From assembly GCA_963826535.1 (NCBI GenBank), contig CAWGXL010000011.1, positions 448,809-512,808 of the forward strand: a stretch of DNA of 64,000 bases, read 5' to 3'. Of this stretch, positions 39,591 to 48,800 are shown one piece after another. The notes under the pieces are model-generated. The model had not been told where the DNA came from, did not search any database, and was given only the letters and a program-made list of their open reading frames with translations. Numbering within the stretch: position 1 is the stretch's first letter; every line of letters begins with the position of its first letter. Source of the stretch: an uncultured bacterium. Its GTDB lineage: Bacteria > Patescibacteriota > Microgenomatia > Levybacterales > UBA12049. The translations under genes were made by a program, and so were the position numbers.

Positions 39591-39854
39591 ATAAGAAGTT
39601 TATTGAGGCCCCTAACTATGCATATCTCATGCCGTCCCGCTCAGCGGGAAGCCCATGAGGGGCTCAAGTTCGGGACAGGCCACAAGTAGTTTTCATAATT
39701 GTGGCAGGCAGAATTATAAAATTGTAAATGTAATAAAAAAAAGTAGCAGGCTCTAATTATTACTAAGTTAGAGCTAGACGTTAGGCAGATAGAATATGTA
39801 AAAGCAGAAGATAGAAGTAAAAATAGCATAAGTGGGAGGGATTGTCAAATGTTA

Positions 39855-40247
39855 TCAGACCAATTTAGGAATAGGAAGATTTATACTGCTACTTCCGGTG
39901 AACAAAAATGTGAGTACTTGAACAATAAAAAACGCCAGAATTGCAATAAGCAGACCGACTATAGATGCGATAATTCCCGCTCTTGCCTGTTCGACTTTGG
40001 CTTTGTCTCCGTTGGATGTAATCCATTTAATACCGCCCCAAGTTAAAAAGATGAGTGATACTAAGATTGCTATAATTATTAAAAGCTGAATGAGATTGCC
40101 GAGGATTTTGGTATTGTCGAAATTTATACCGCAAAGGCTTTCAAATCCGGGGGGACAGGGCCCTGCCTGGGCAAAAGCTGCAAAAAAGACAGGCACGAAG
40201 AAAAGGTTTAATATGAAGGCTGATAAGGCTGCAAAGGAAATTTTCAC
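39855..40247 (-). CDS. small secreted membrane protein: signal peptide plus two TM helices (VirB2/TrbC-pilin-like topology)
   Basis: MKISFAALSAFILNLFFVPVFFAAFAQA signal, then two hydrophobic helices separated by the charged loop WITSNGDKAKVEQARAG. Confidence 0.4.
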   Translation of the reverse strand: MKISFAALSAFILNLFFVPVFFAAFAQAGPCPPGFESLCGINFDNTKILGNLIQLLIIIAILVSLIFLTWGGIKWITSNGDKAKVEQARAGIIASIVGLLIAILAFFIVQVLTFLFTGSSSINLPIPKLV

Positions 40248-40499
40248 TCTACAATTATCTTAATAGGGTAGGAAAGGCGTGTCAAGTAGAATATATAGAA
40301 CAGTTTCAGGCTATTGACAAATTGGTAGGAGTGTGGTGTAATGGCGGTAGCTTTAGAAACACAAGCTACGATTAGCTAACTAGTTGTAGCAAGCTTCAGT
40401 AAGTAATTTATTTTCCTACAGCGATACATGCATTCTGACATTTAATAATTAAACATTTCACCAATTCACATGTAATTTCAGTAAGAAGGAAGTATATAT

Positions 40500-42062
40500 A
40501 TGGTTTATAAAAAAACAACAACTCCCAGTCGTTCGGCGGGACAAGCAAAAGCAGTTACGGTTGACGATTTTGTGGGGAAAAAGCCATCTGTAACATCAAA
40601 AGTTCAAACTATCCCTACCAATGATTCGCCAGCCCCAATCAAATCGGGGCCAGCTCCGATTCAATCCGAGCCAGCCGGTGGAGCCAGGCGACGGATTCAT
40701 ATTTCAGATTCTACCTCCACTTCAAACCCAACGACAGTTTCAAAGCCTAACATTACCGCTATTACCCCGGTTCCAAATTCTGCTTCGACGCTAAGTGGGA
40801 ATAACGATACTTCTGTGTCCGCGTCAAACGCGACTGGGGCAAACCCAACGACCGGTTCTCCACTACACCAAGGCTCTGCAGGGCAAGGTGTGGCTGGGGC
40901 TACGCTCAACGGGACTAACGGATATCAGCCTATGGCTCAAACAGCTGCTGCGGCAACACCTACAGACATGGTAAAGGGATTTTTGGATATTCAGATTGAA
41001 GGTCATGGTTTTTTACGGCCTAAATTTGTTCCGTCAGCGCGAGATATTTATATCTCACAATCACAAATTAGAAGGTTCATGCTCAGGCCAGGTGATGAAG
41101 TTGAGGGAGTGGCAAGACCTCCGAAAGATACGGAGCGATACTACGGTCTATTAAAGGTTGAGAAGGTGAATGAAATTGTTGCCGATGATTCATTACGACG
41201 GCCGTATTTTGATGATTTGACACCGATTTACCCAAACAAGCAAGTTATTCTGTCCACTGGTAAAGATATAGTGTCAACGCGTATGATAGACCTCATAGCG
41301 CCGATCGGGTTTGGACAAAGAGGGATGATCGTTTCTCCACCAAAAGCAGGGAAGACGACTATACTTAAAGATATCGCAGCCGGTATATCAAAGAATTTTC
41401 CGAAAGCGCATTTAATGGCAGCACTTATAGGTGAGAGGCCGGAAGAGGTAACAGATATTTCTATGTCTGTACGGGGAGAAGTTGTGGCGTCTAATTTTGA
41501 TGAACCGCCGGAAAATCAAACGAGAATTGCAGAGATAACATTGGACCGGGCAAAACGGTTGGTAGAACTTGGAAAGGATGTTATTATTCTTCTTGATTCG
41601 ATTACTCGTTTGGCTAGGGCGTATAATCTTTCGGTTGATCCATCGGGAAGAACTCTTTCCGGAGGATTTGATCCCGCAGCTTTATACCCGGCAAAGCGAT
41701 TTTTCGGAGCAGCACGAAATTGCCAGGAGGGCGGTTCTCTGACAATTATCGGGACAGCCTTGGTTGAGACAGGCTCACGCATGGATGATCTTATTTATGA
41801 GGAATTTAAGGGGACCGGGAATATGGAATTGCATTTGGTACGGGCACTCGCTGAGAGGCGTATTTATCCGGCTATTAATATTGAAAGATCGGGTACACGC
41901 GGGGAAGAGCGGATTTTGTCGGAGGGCGCGTATAAAAAGATTGTGACAATGAGGCGTATGATGGATATGCTTGGACAGGATGAGAGGACAAGTATTTTGG
42001 TCGAGAGGCTTTCAAAAACCGAGACTAATGAGGAGTTTCTGGAAACTTTGGGGAAAGGGTAG
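40500..42062 (+). CDS. rho: transcription termination factor Rho with about 160-aa low-complexity N-terminal extension
   Basis: RNA-binding OB region, Walker A PPKAGKTTILKDIA, and the Rho ATPase C-terminal domain. Confidence 0.85.
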   Translation: MVYKKTTTPSRSAGQAKAVTVDDFVGKKPSVTSKVQTIPTNDSPAPIKSGPAPIQSEPAGGARRRIHISDSTSTSNPTTVSKPNITAITPVPNSASTLSGNNDTSVSASNATGANPTTGSPLHQGSAGQGVAGATLNGTNGYQPMAQTAAAATPTDMVKGFLDIQIEGHGFLRPKFVPSARDIYISQSQIRRFMLRPGDEVEGVARPPKDTERYYGLLKVEKVNEIVADDSLRRPYFDDLTPIYPNKQVILSTGKDIVSTRMIDLIAPIGFGQRGMIVSPPKAGKTTILKDIAAGISKNFPKAHLMAALIGERPEEVTDISMSVRGEVVASNFDEPPENQTRIAEITLDRAKRLVELGKDVIILLDSITRLARAYNLSVDPSGRTLSGGFDPAALYPAKRFFGAARNCQEGGSLTIIGTALVETGSRMDDLIYEEFKGTGNMELHLVRALAERRIYPAINIERSGTRGEERILSEGAYKKIVTMRRMMDMLGQDERTSILVERLSKTETNEEFLETLGKG

Positions 42063-42097
42063 ATTAGCTTTCAGCTTTTTGCTATTAGCTATCAGAT
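42063..42097. repeat. ATTAGCTTTCAGC...ATTAGCTATCAGA motif copy downstream of rho
   Basis: See 22387-22418 and 27175-27200. Confidence 0.45.
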
Positions 42098-42298
42098 TTC
42101 AACTGCTTAATTTCTGCTTCGCGATTACCCACTTAATTTGACTTTTGATGCTGAATTTGTTAATTTAGAGGCTGGAGAAAGATGAGAAAAGATATTAGAG
42201 CTTTTATTTCTTTTTTTGTTTATTATAGTTGCCGGAAAATAATGCGTTTTTCCGTGCGTTTTGAAAAGAATAAGAATTACTTAGTTAAATTTTTTATA

Positions 42299-43270
42299 AT
42301 GAAACGGGGCCGATACAATCGGCCTTTTTTGCATTTGGCTACTATGGGGGTGTTGGCAGTTGGTATTCTTATCGCACCATATCTTACGGATACTTATCCA
42401 ATATTTGCGGCTAAATCACCGGTATTTGCACAGCAGTCAGACGAGGTGAGTCAATCAACTATAGAGGTTGGACAGGAGGTTTTTGAAACTGAACGATCTC
42501 AAAAGCCCCGTGATAAAATTATTACATATAGCGTTGAGAAAGGCGATACTATCGTAACCATAGCGAAAAAGTTTGACATCTCAGCTGATACTATTAAATG
42601 GGAAAATGATATTGATGGTATAGAAATTTTGAGTATAGGGCAGGAGCTTAAGATTTTGCCGGTTACCGGTGTGGCTCATAAGGTTGCGCCTCAAGAGACA
42701 ATTTATTCAATTTCCGAAAAGTATAAAACTAATGCGCAGGGGATTGCTGATTTCCCATTTAATACTTTTGCAGATCCTGAGACTTTTGCTATGGTGGCAG
42801 GCCAGATAGTTATAGTTCCGGGTGGGGTTCCTCCATCAGATCAGCCACAGTATATAAAGAAACAACCGGTGTATGTGGCGAGCGGGCCAATGCCTGTGAG
42901 CACAGGCGGTTGGTATTTCCCGGTAACAGGGGGGGTTTCGCAATATCCTGCTTGGTATCATATGGCTGTAGATGTGTCGGGTCCGATTGGCACGCCGGTT
43001 TATGCAGCTCATAGCGGGACTGTAGAGCAGGTAATCGGAGGTTGGGATGGAGGATTTGGAAATAATGTCTGGATTAATAATGGAGATGGTATTAAGACAC
43101 ATTATGCACATTTAAGCGGCTCTAATGTTTCGGCCGGTCAGAGTGTGGTTGGCGGCCAGACAGTTATCGGGTGGAGGGGAAATAGCGGGCGTTCAACAGG
43201 ACCGCATACACATTTTGAGATTCAAGTTAATGGAGTATTAGTTAATCCTCTGAACTACGTGCATCCGTAA
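42299..43270 (+). CDS. LysM-domain M23-family metallopeptidase
   Basis: LysM repeats (YSVEKGDTIVTIAKKF, HKVAPQETIYSISEKY). M23 HxxxD/HxH motifs (HMAVDVSG, THYAHL, HTHFEI). Start moved to MKRGRYNRP with a TM anchor. Confidence 0.75.
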   Translation: MKRGRYNRPFLHLATMGVLAVGILIAPYLTDTYPIFAAKSPVFAQQSDEVSQSTIEVGQEVFETERSQKPRDKIITYSVEKGDTIVTIAKKFDISADTIKWENDIDGIEILSIGQELKILPVTGVAHKVAPQETIYSISEKYKTNAQGIADFPFNTFADPETFAMVAGQIVIVPGGVPPSDQPQYIKKQPVYVASGPMPVSTGGWYFPVTGGVSQYPAWYHMAVDVSGPIGTPVYAAHSGTVEQVIGGWDGGFGNNVWINNGDGIKTHYAHLSGSNVSAGQSVVGGQTVIGWRGNSGRSTGPHTHFEIQVNGVLVNPLNYVHP

Positions 43271-43344
43271 AAAAATTGATTTTTTAATTTAGTAATTTAT
43301 GCTAATATATAATTGATTGTTAAATTGTATTTATAGATCATAAT

Positions 43345-43875
43345 ATGAGTGATTCTAAAAGAAGAGTAGGGAATAACGAAGTAACACCGGCATCAAAAGA
43401 AACGGGGGCTGGGTTTGATTCAAAAAGGGCGGTTGGTCTAGAGACCGGTTTGTTCAAAAGCTTTAAAAACGCAGGCAATAAAAATATGAATCGATTCGTA
43501 GCTGCGTTTACACTGGGTACGGTGTTGACTTTTGGCTTGTATGGTGATTCAAATAACGAGCAAGATAAGCAGGGGTTGGCGCAATCCGGATCAGGCATGA
43601 GTCTTGAACAGAAAGGTGGTAATGTAAAAGAAAATCTGAGGAGGTTTGGACTAAAAGGCGTGGATGACAATATGGCATCTTCACTTGTAAAGCAGGGAAT
43701 TATCGATGAAGATGAGGCGGCAAAATATGCTAGGGAAAATGATGGAAAAGCTAATGGTAATGTAAAAGAAAGTCTTAGGAAATTTGGACTACAAGGCGTG
43801 GATGATAACACGGTTAACTCTCTAGTAAAGCAAGGTATTCTTGATGAAGAAGCGACGACAAAATATGCTGAATAG
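43345..43875 (+). CDS. secreted protein with two about 45-aa internal repeats (probable true start 43486, MNRFVAAF signal peptide)
   Basis: Repeats GNVKE(N/S)LR(R/K)FGL(K/Q)GVDDN..SLVKQGI(I/L)DE..KYA. Signal peptide at the internal Met. Confidence 0.45.
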   Translation: MSDSKRRVGNNEVTPASKETGAGFDSKRAVGLETGLFKSFKNAGNKNMNRFVAAFTLGTVLTFGLYGDSNNEQDKQGLAQSGSGMSLEQKGGNVKENLRRFGLKGVDDNMASSLVKQGIIDEDEAAKYARENDGKANGNVKESLRKFGLQGVDDNTVNSLVKQGILDEEATTKYAE

Positions 43876-43916
43876 CCGATAAATAATAATGGGAGGTGAG
43901 TAAAATTTGATCGACT

Positions 43917-44201
43917 ATGGAAACTAATTTTCAGAAAATTCAAAAATTAATATCTAGTTCTGATTTGACTGCAGAAGAGCAGGATAAATTTCTTGAACTT
44001 CTATTGAGGACTACAGATGAAGAGCTTAAGCCGCTAGCGGAACTTTTTGCTGAGGATTCCAATTGGATAAGAAAAATCTGTGATAATTATAAAGCAAAAC
44101 AGGCTGTTTTTGCAGCTAAAGATAATGCTGCATGGGAAGAAGTGTTGAAAGGGGAAGATAATTTATTTCAGGAATTGATGAAAGATGAAATAGCCCAATA
44201 G
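43917..44201 (+). CDS. hypothetical acidic helical protein
   Basis: 94-aa ORF. Confidence 0.35.
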   Translation: METNFQKIQKLISSSDLTAEEQDKFLELLLRTTDEELKPLAELFAEDSNWIRKICDNYKAKQAVFAAKDNAAWEEVLKGEDNLFQELMKDEIAQ

Positions 44202-44296
44202 TTATCTAATAATAATTTTGTATCCATTTGCTCCAGTGAGTCAATCCCTTTCCCTTTTTTCATAATATGAAGTGTAGTATAATTTGGAAACTTGGC

Positions 44297-44367
44297 GGGC
44301 CTATGGTATAACGGTAGCACACTGCATTCGCATTGCAGAGATCCGAGTTCGATTCTCGGTAGGTCCA
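44297..44367 (+). tRNA. tRNA-Ala(CGC)
   Basis: Hand-folded. Acceptor GGGCCTA/TAGGTCC (G3:U70). Anticodon stem CTGCA/TGCAG with loop TTCGCAT. T-loop TTCGATT. No CCA. Confidence 0.75.
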
Positions 44368-44473
44368 CAAAGTAAGTTAAAAGTTTAAAGTGCAAAGTTC
44401 AAAATTATAGATTAAAAGTTTAAAAAATTAAATTTAACTTTGTATTTTGAACTTTGAATTTTTAAGTTAGCTT
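44368..44473. repeat. AT-rich palindromic spacer (caaagttcaaaat...attttgaactttg) between two tRNA-Ala genes
   Basis: Inverted repeat of AGTTCAAA units. Same unit family as the spacers at 48340-48417 and 53322-53422. Confidence 0.5.
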
Positions 44474-44544
44474 GGGCCCGTGGTATACCGGTAACATGCT
44501 TCCATGGCATGGAAGAGTAAGGGGTTCGATTCCCCTCGGGTCCA
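44474..44544 (+). tRNA. tRNA-Ala(GGC)
   Basis: Hand-folded. Acceptor GGGCCCG/CGGGTCC (G3:U70). Anticodon stem CTTCC/GGAAG with loop ATGGCAT. T-loop TTCGATT. No CCA. Confidence 0.75.
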
Positions 44545-44857
44545 CTCATTAACTATTAGCATATTTGTTATTGTTTGTTATGCTTAGGTGGTGTTTGGAT
44601 AGGGTGTAGTTTGGTGTTTACTCTTCTTTTAAATCGTGGTATAATACTTCTAGTTTTATTCCGGGTATTCTAAGGTAACGCATTACGGGTATTCCGCGGG
44701 TGGGCGGATAAATTTTTAACCTCAAGGTCACTTAGGATTATAAACGGAAACCCGCCTAATCTTGCCGTTCGCCTTAGTAGATTTCTACTGCGGCTCACGG
44801 AGCGATTTATCGGCGGGCAGGCCCGCTAAAGGCGGGCAAGAAGGTAGGTGGACTTAA

Positions 44858-45154
44858 GTGGCAGAACTTCAAGATATAACTCTTAATTGTAAAGACTGCG
44901 GGCAAAGTTTTGTTTGGACAGTTGACGAACAAGAGTTTTACAGACAAAAGAATTTTAGCGCTCCTTTAAGATGCAAGAATTGTCGTGCACAGGCTCGAGC
45001 CCGATTTAATGGCGGGGGAAACGCAGGAGGCGCAAGGCAATCTTTTCCAATAACTTGCGCTAATTGCGGTGCACAAGATACTGTACCTTTCCAACCAAGA
45101 GGCGATAGGCCGGTTCTTTGTAGAAATTGTTTTAGGAAGGGAGATAATAAATAA
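44858..45154 (+). CDS. tandem zinc-ribbon protein (2x CxxC-x15-CxxC), Gly/Arg-rich linker
   Basis: CKDCG..x15..CKNC and CANCG..x15..CRNC. 98 aa. Preceded by an about 260-nt GC-rich structured leader. Confidence 0.55.
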   Translation: MAELQDITLNCKDCGQSFVWTVDEQEFYRQKNFSAPLRCKNCRAQARARFNGGGNAGGARQSFPITCANCGAQDTVPFQPRGDRPVLCRNCFRKGDNK

Positions 45155-45286
45155 ATCTCAAATCGCAAAGCTCAAATCTCAAAACTACAAATCAAAACTT
45201 AAAACGACTGAATATTGTGAGTATCTTGTGCGTGAGAGTTGAGATATTGATTAAGTCTGAGTAGGTATGTTAATTACTTTGGACAT

Positions 45287-45784
45287 TTATCGTGGAGCTT
45301 TAGGACTTGAGGAGTCTCTTTCAACAATTATATCCCGAATATTAAACAGATCCTTTGTGACAAATGAGCTAGCTTGTGAATAGCTACGTTGAGTTCTTTC
45401 CTTCAATGTTTTTCTATAATCTAGGGTTATGCTGGATAATTTTTGCAATTCGGCGTCATAGCCTAGTAAGGCAACACTTCGGTGATTAATCTCTCTAGAA
45501 ATCTGTCTTGCTTCAAACTCCTCCATAGACATTTGAGGATTTATTTGTCGTCTTTCTGTAGTAGGTTGATGGCTTAATAATTCTTTTAGAGCCAGTAGTC
45601 TTGATTCTGCATCCAGAAAATGAGCCCAATCGTTTATAGCAATCAGCTTAGTTGAGCCAATAGTTGCATCATCTGCAAACTCTATTAATTTACTTCTAAA
45701 TCTTTCTCTAACTGACTCTGTTGGTTTTAGGTCTTCTTTCATATAACAGTCAAAATTATAACAAATTATATCGTTGTTAGTCAA
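45287..45784 (-). CDS. hypothetical protein
   Basis: 165-aa ORF. Confidence 0.4.
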   Translation of the reverse strand: MTNNDIICYNFDCYMKEDLKPTESVRERFRSKLIEFADDATIGSTKLIAINDWAHFLDAESRLLALKELLSHQPTTERRQINPQMSMEEFEARQISREINHRSVALLGYDAELQKLSSITLDYRKTLKERTQRSYSQASSFVTKDLFNIRDIIVERDSSSPKAPR

Positions 45785-45965
45785 ACTAGTCTCTTGCCCA
45801 GTCTTAACTAATCAAATAAAGAGGGCAAGAGAAGACTCTGTTTTATTCATTTAAATATAATAAAGAAGTTTAATTTTATATTTATATATCTTTTGCTATA
45901 GTTGCCTATTCATTTATGTTTATTTGTTCGTTTTTTAACGATAAGGAAATTTGTTTATACCTACT

Positions 45966-45992
45966 GGATTCCCGCCTCCGCGGGAATGACAA
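45966..45992. repeat. hairpin repeat GGATTCCCGCC-TCC-GCGGGAATGACAA (family copy 3)
   Basis: Matches 6288-6314 and 22201-22227. Lies just 3' of the stop of the minus-strand gene 46011-48257. Confidence 0.55.
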
Positions 45993-46010
45993 ATGCGTAA
46001 GTAATATTAG

Positions 46011-48257
46011 CTACGGGGTTTGGGTTGGGCTGATTTTTTCTGTTGGGGTAAGTTCTGATTTACCAGGAGTCGGGGTGGGGCTGCCTTTTGGGGTGGGGGA
46101 AATGGTGGGGCCGGGGATTTTGACTTTGGGGTCTCTTTCCGGTAGTTGGGTTCCTGGTTCGTTAATCCTTAGTGGCTCAGTTTCGGTAGTTGAGCCCTCT
46201 ATAGCGGCACTGGATGTGGCATTTTGCGGAGCCGAATCTTGACTGGCTTGTTGGTTGACTTTGTTTTGCAGGGCTTGGATCTCTTCTGTTATTTTTTTAG
46301 TATTCTCTTTATTGTCTACCACTAGTGTTTTGACTATTTGATAAGCTGCTAGCGCTTCAGTATTGTTGCCTTTCATTTCGAGAGCGTGACCAAGATTGTA
46401 ATAGGCGTTCGCGTAATCGTTTTTCAAACTAATAGAGGTTTGAAATTGGCGAATGGCTTCATCAAACATGCCAAGTTGATAATAAATTCCTCCCAGGTCG
46501 AGATATGCCTGTGGATTTTTGGGGTCGAGAGCAATGGCTTGCTGGGTGGTTAGAATCGCAAATCTATCAGCGTTTTCACCGAAGCCTATTAGATTTCTGT
46601 AAATACTAGAGAGATTGCTCCAGTTAAATGAAGATTGGGGTGCGATTATTGCCGCATTTCTACCGGCTGTTATTGATTGTTGAATCAGGGTAAGAATATT
46701 TTGTTGGTCCTGAGCACTTGGGCTGGCCTCACGCGTCTGTAGAGCAAGTGAGTTGGCTAGGGCAATATTGGTTTGAGAAATACCTCTATAGTACAGGTCA
46801 CGATATGGAAATACATTAATAGAAGCTGACTGTAAATTGTATGTTTCCAGCCCGTTGTTTTGGGAATAGGCTACCAGAGATCTTTGATAAAGAAGGTCTG
46901 AGATAAAGTATCTTATGGAAAAGTATAGAGGTAATCCGATTAAAACAAGTAAGAGGATGGAGAAGAATAGCGGGAGTAATCTATTGTATTTGCGAGATGC
47001 TGCATGCTCGGCATTTTCTCCATCGGTACGCGCAGCAAGTAGCCCCCGCTTTAAAGCCACAAAGTAGAGCTCTACTTCGGTAAACTTGTTTGGATTATTG
47101 TGCGCGTGGATGACTGCGGATATTCCAAGTAAGACAAAAAATACTATTTGAAGAGTGAATGAGAACGGGAGAAGAAAGGCCGAGATAATAGCAAGAATGA
47201 GGGGTAAAAAGAAGACGCGTTCTTTGATTATTTTGTATACCAGGAAGATGAACGCCAGAAAGCCTGCGATACCGGTTGTGGCGAGTAATTCTAAAACGAA
47301 AGTTGAGGAGCGGAAGAAAGTGAAAGACCAGAGATTTTGATCAAGGTTGAACGCGTCGGGTTTGAATCTTGTGAAATCTGTTACATAGGTTCCAAGACCG
47401 CTGCCGAATAAGAATCCCCAGAATACGCGGCCGGTATCTTGGGAGATTGAAGCAAATGCAGTTTGAAAGCCTGTCTCCAGGGGGAGAATGAGGGGTTTCT
47501 GAGAAGTTGCCAGTTGATAAGCGGTTATTGCCAGACCGGAGACTATTATAATGAAGGCGATAGAGAAGCCGGCTGTGATGGCTGATTTATTGTTATTGGG
47601 AGTTTTTTGTCCTGCCTGCCGGTCAGGCAGGTCTGCTGCGAATAGAGATTGAGACTTCCTTTTTGAATTTAATGCTGTAAATATGGCATGGACGAAGTAG
47701 CCTGTAATCGGGAGAATGAGAACTAAATAGATTGCCTGATCGAGCAGCGAACCAAAGGTATTGAAATACTGGACTTGGGTATATGGGAAGGGAAGAGGGT
47801 AGATTTTAAGGTAAGAAAGAATTGCGAGCAGAGATGCCAAAACCGTGCCGAGTACGAGGCTTGAGAGGATGAAAAGAAGCTGAGAGGCGCTTTTCACGGT
47901 ATTGGTTATTACAAAATAGAGGAGTGCTGCGAAGAGAAAGGGAAGGAAGGCATTTAGGGAATCGGCCTTATTTACAGCAAATATAGATGAGGCTAATATC
48001 AATATAGCGAGAAGAGCTACGGGTAAATCGAAGGGTGTGGAACGAAATCTGATCTTGCCTTCAATAAGTGTTTTTAAACCAAAAAGAATAACAGATATGC
48101 TTACGACTGCGGTCAGGAGCATTTGTTTGGGCAGGATGAAGGCGTCTGTTGTTGTAGCCAGAAATAATATGGGAAGGAAAAGGAGAAAAATCGCTACCAA
48201 AGCCAAGGTAAAATTTTCGAGATAATAAATAATTTGTTTTTTAGTTTTTTCGGGCAT
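46011..48257 (-). CDS. polytopic membrane protein (O-antigen-ligase/Wzy_C-like core) with C-terminal TPR repeats and Pro/Thr-rich tail
   Basis: More than 10 TM helices. C-terminal TPR-like AYLDLGGIYYQLGMFDEAIRQFQTSISL...AYYNLGHALEMKGNNTEALAAYQ. Terminal PTP(K/G)(S/T)P tail. Confidence 0.5.
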   Translation of the reverse strand: MPEKTKKQIIYYLENFTLALVAIFLLFLPILFLATTTDAFILPKQMLLTAVVSISVILFGLKTLIEGKIRFRSTPFDLPVALLAILILASSIFAVNKADSLNAFLPFLFAALLYFVITNTVKSASQLLFILSSLVLGTVLASLLAILSYLKIYPLPFPYTQVQYFNTFGSLLDQAIYLVLILPITGYFVHAIFTALNSKRKSQSLFAADLPDRQAGQKTPNNNKSAITAGFSIAFIIIVSGLAITAYQLATSQKPLILPLETGFQTAFASISQDTGRVFWGFLFGSGLGTYVTDFTRFKPDAFNLDQNLWSFTFFRSSTFVLELLATTGIAGFLAFIFLVYKIIKERVFFLPLILAIISAFLLPFSFTLQIVFFVLLGISAVIHAHNNPNKFTEVELYFVALKRGLLAARTDGENAEHAASRKYNRLLPLFFSILLLVLIGLPLYFSIRYFISDLLYQRSLVAYSQNNGLETYNLQSASINVFPYRDLYYRGISQTNIALANSLALQTREASPSAQDQQNILTLIQQSITAGRNAAIIAPQSSFNWSNLSSIYRNLIGFGENADRFAILTTQQAIALDPKNPQAYLDLGGIYYQLGMFDEAIRQFQTSISLKNDYANAYYNLGHALEMKGNNTEALAAYQIVKTLVVDNKENTKKITEEIQALQNKVNQQASQDSAPQNATSSAAIEGSTTETEPLRINEPGTQLPERDPKVKIPGPTISPTPKGSPTPTPGKSELTPTEKISPTQTP

Positions 48258-48417
48258 GGATATCTAATAACTTTAACAATTTTTTCTATATATTGTCAAG
48301 TTAGAAAAATCTTGAGCCTAAGGGGCGGGAGGTAGCAAATTAGTTCAAAGATCAAAGTTAAAAGTTGCAGATAAGAGATCAAAGTTTGTTTTTGCCTTTT
48401 AAAGTTGCGATACTTGA
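48258..48417. repeat. AT-rich spacer with AGTTCAAAG units downstream of the four-helix-bundle gene
   Basis: agttcaaagatcaaagttaaaagttgc...agatcaaagtttg. Confidence 0.4.
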
Positions 48418-48750
48418 TCAGACTATCTTTGCAAGCTCTTCTCTTTCTTTTAATAAAGTATTAATTTCTGTGATAAGTTCTCTATCCAAATCTCTTGCTA
48501 ATGCCAACCAGAATTTTGTCTCATTGGCACTCTTAAGAGCATGATTGAGATAGTTTATAAAGTCTTTTTTACTTGACGCTGCCTGTGCTTCTATGATATT
48601 TGCGCCAATTGAAGTTACTGCTCTGAGTAATTGATCAGATATTACCCGAGCAGATCTTTTTTGAGGAAACTTATCCATCAATTTAAGTACTTGACGAGAG
48701 TGTTGAAAAGCTCTGTGTATAAGTTGTTTTCTAAATTCGTGATTATTCAT
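48418..48750 (-). CDS. four-helix-bundle protein (23S rRNA IVS protein / DGR Avd family)
   Basis: 110 aa. SIGANIIEAQAASSKKDFINYLNHALKSANETKFWLALARDL matches the family signature GANIAEG..R.S.KDF..FL.IA.GS..E..Y.L.LA.DL. Confidence 0.7.
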   Translation of the reverse strand: MNNHEFRKQLIHRAFQHSRQVLKLMDKFPQKRSARVISDQLLRAVTSIGANIIEAQAASSKKDFINYLNHALKSANETKFWLALARDLDRELITEINTLLKEREELAKIV

Positions 48751-48800
48751 AATTTTACGCTTTTAACTTTAACTTTGCATTTTGCACTTTGGATTTTGAA
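48751..48800. repeat. AT-rich spacer (ttttaactttaactttgcattttgcactttggattttgaac) between giant gene 1 and the 4HB gene
   Basis: Same TTTGAA/CAAAG unit family. Confidence 0.4.

Noticed and set aside
43338-43943. 201-aa minus-strand ORF antisense to the secreted repeat protein
   Set aside because: The plus-strand ORF has a signal peptide and clean internal amino-acid repeats. The minus-strand translation is Ser/Pro/Phe-rich low complexity.
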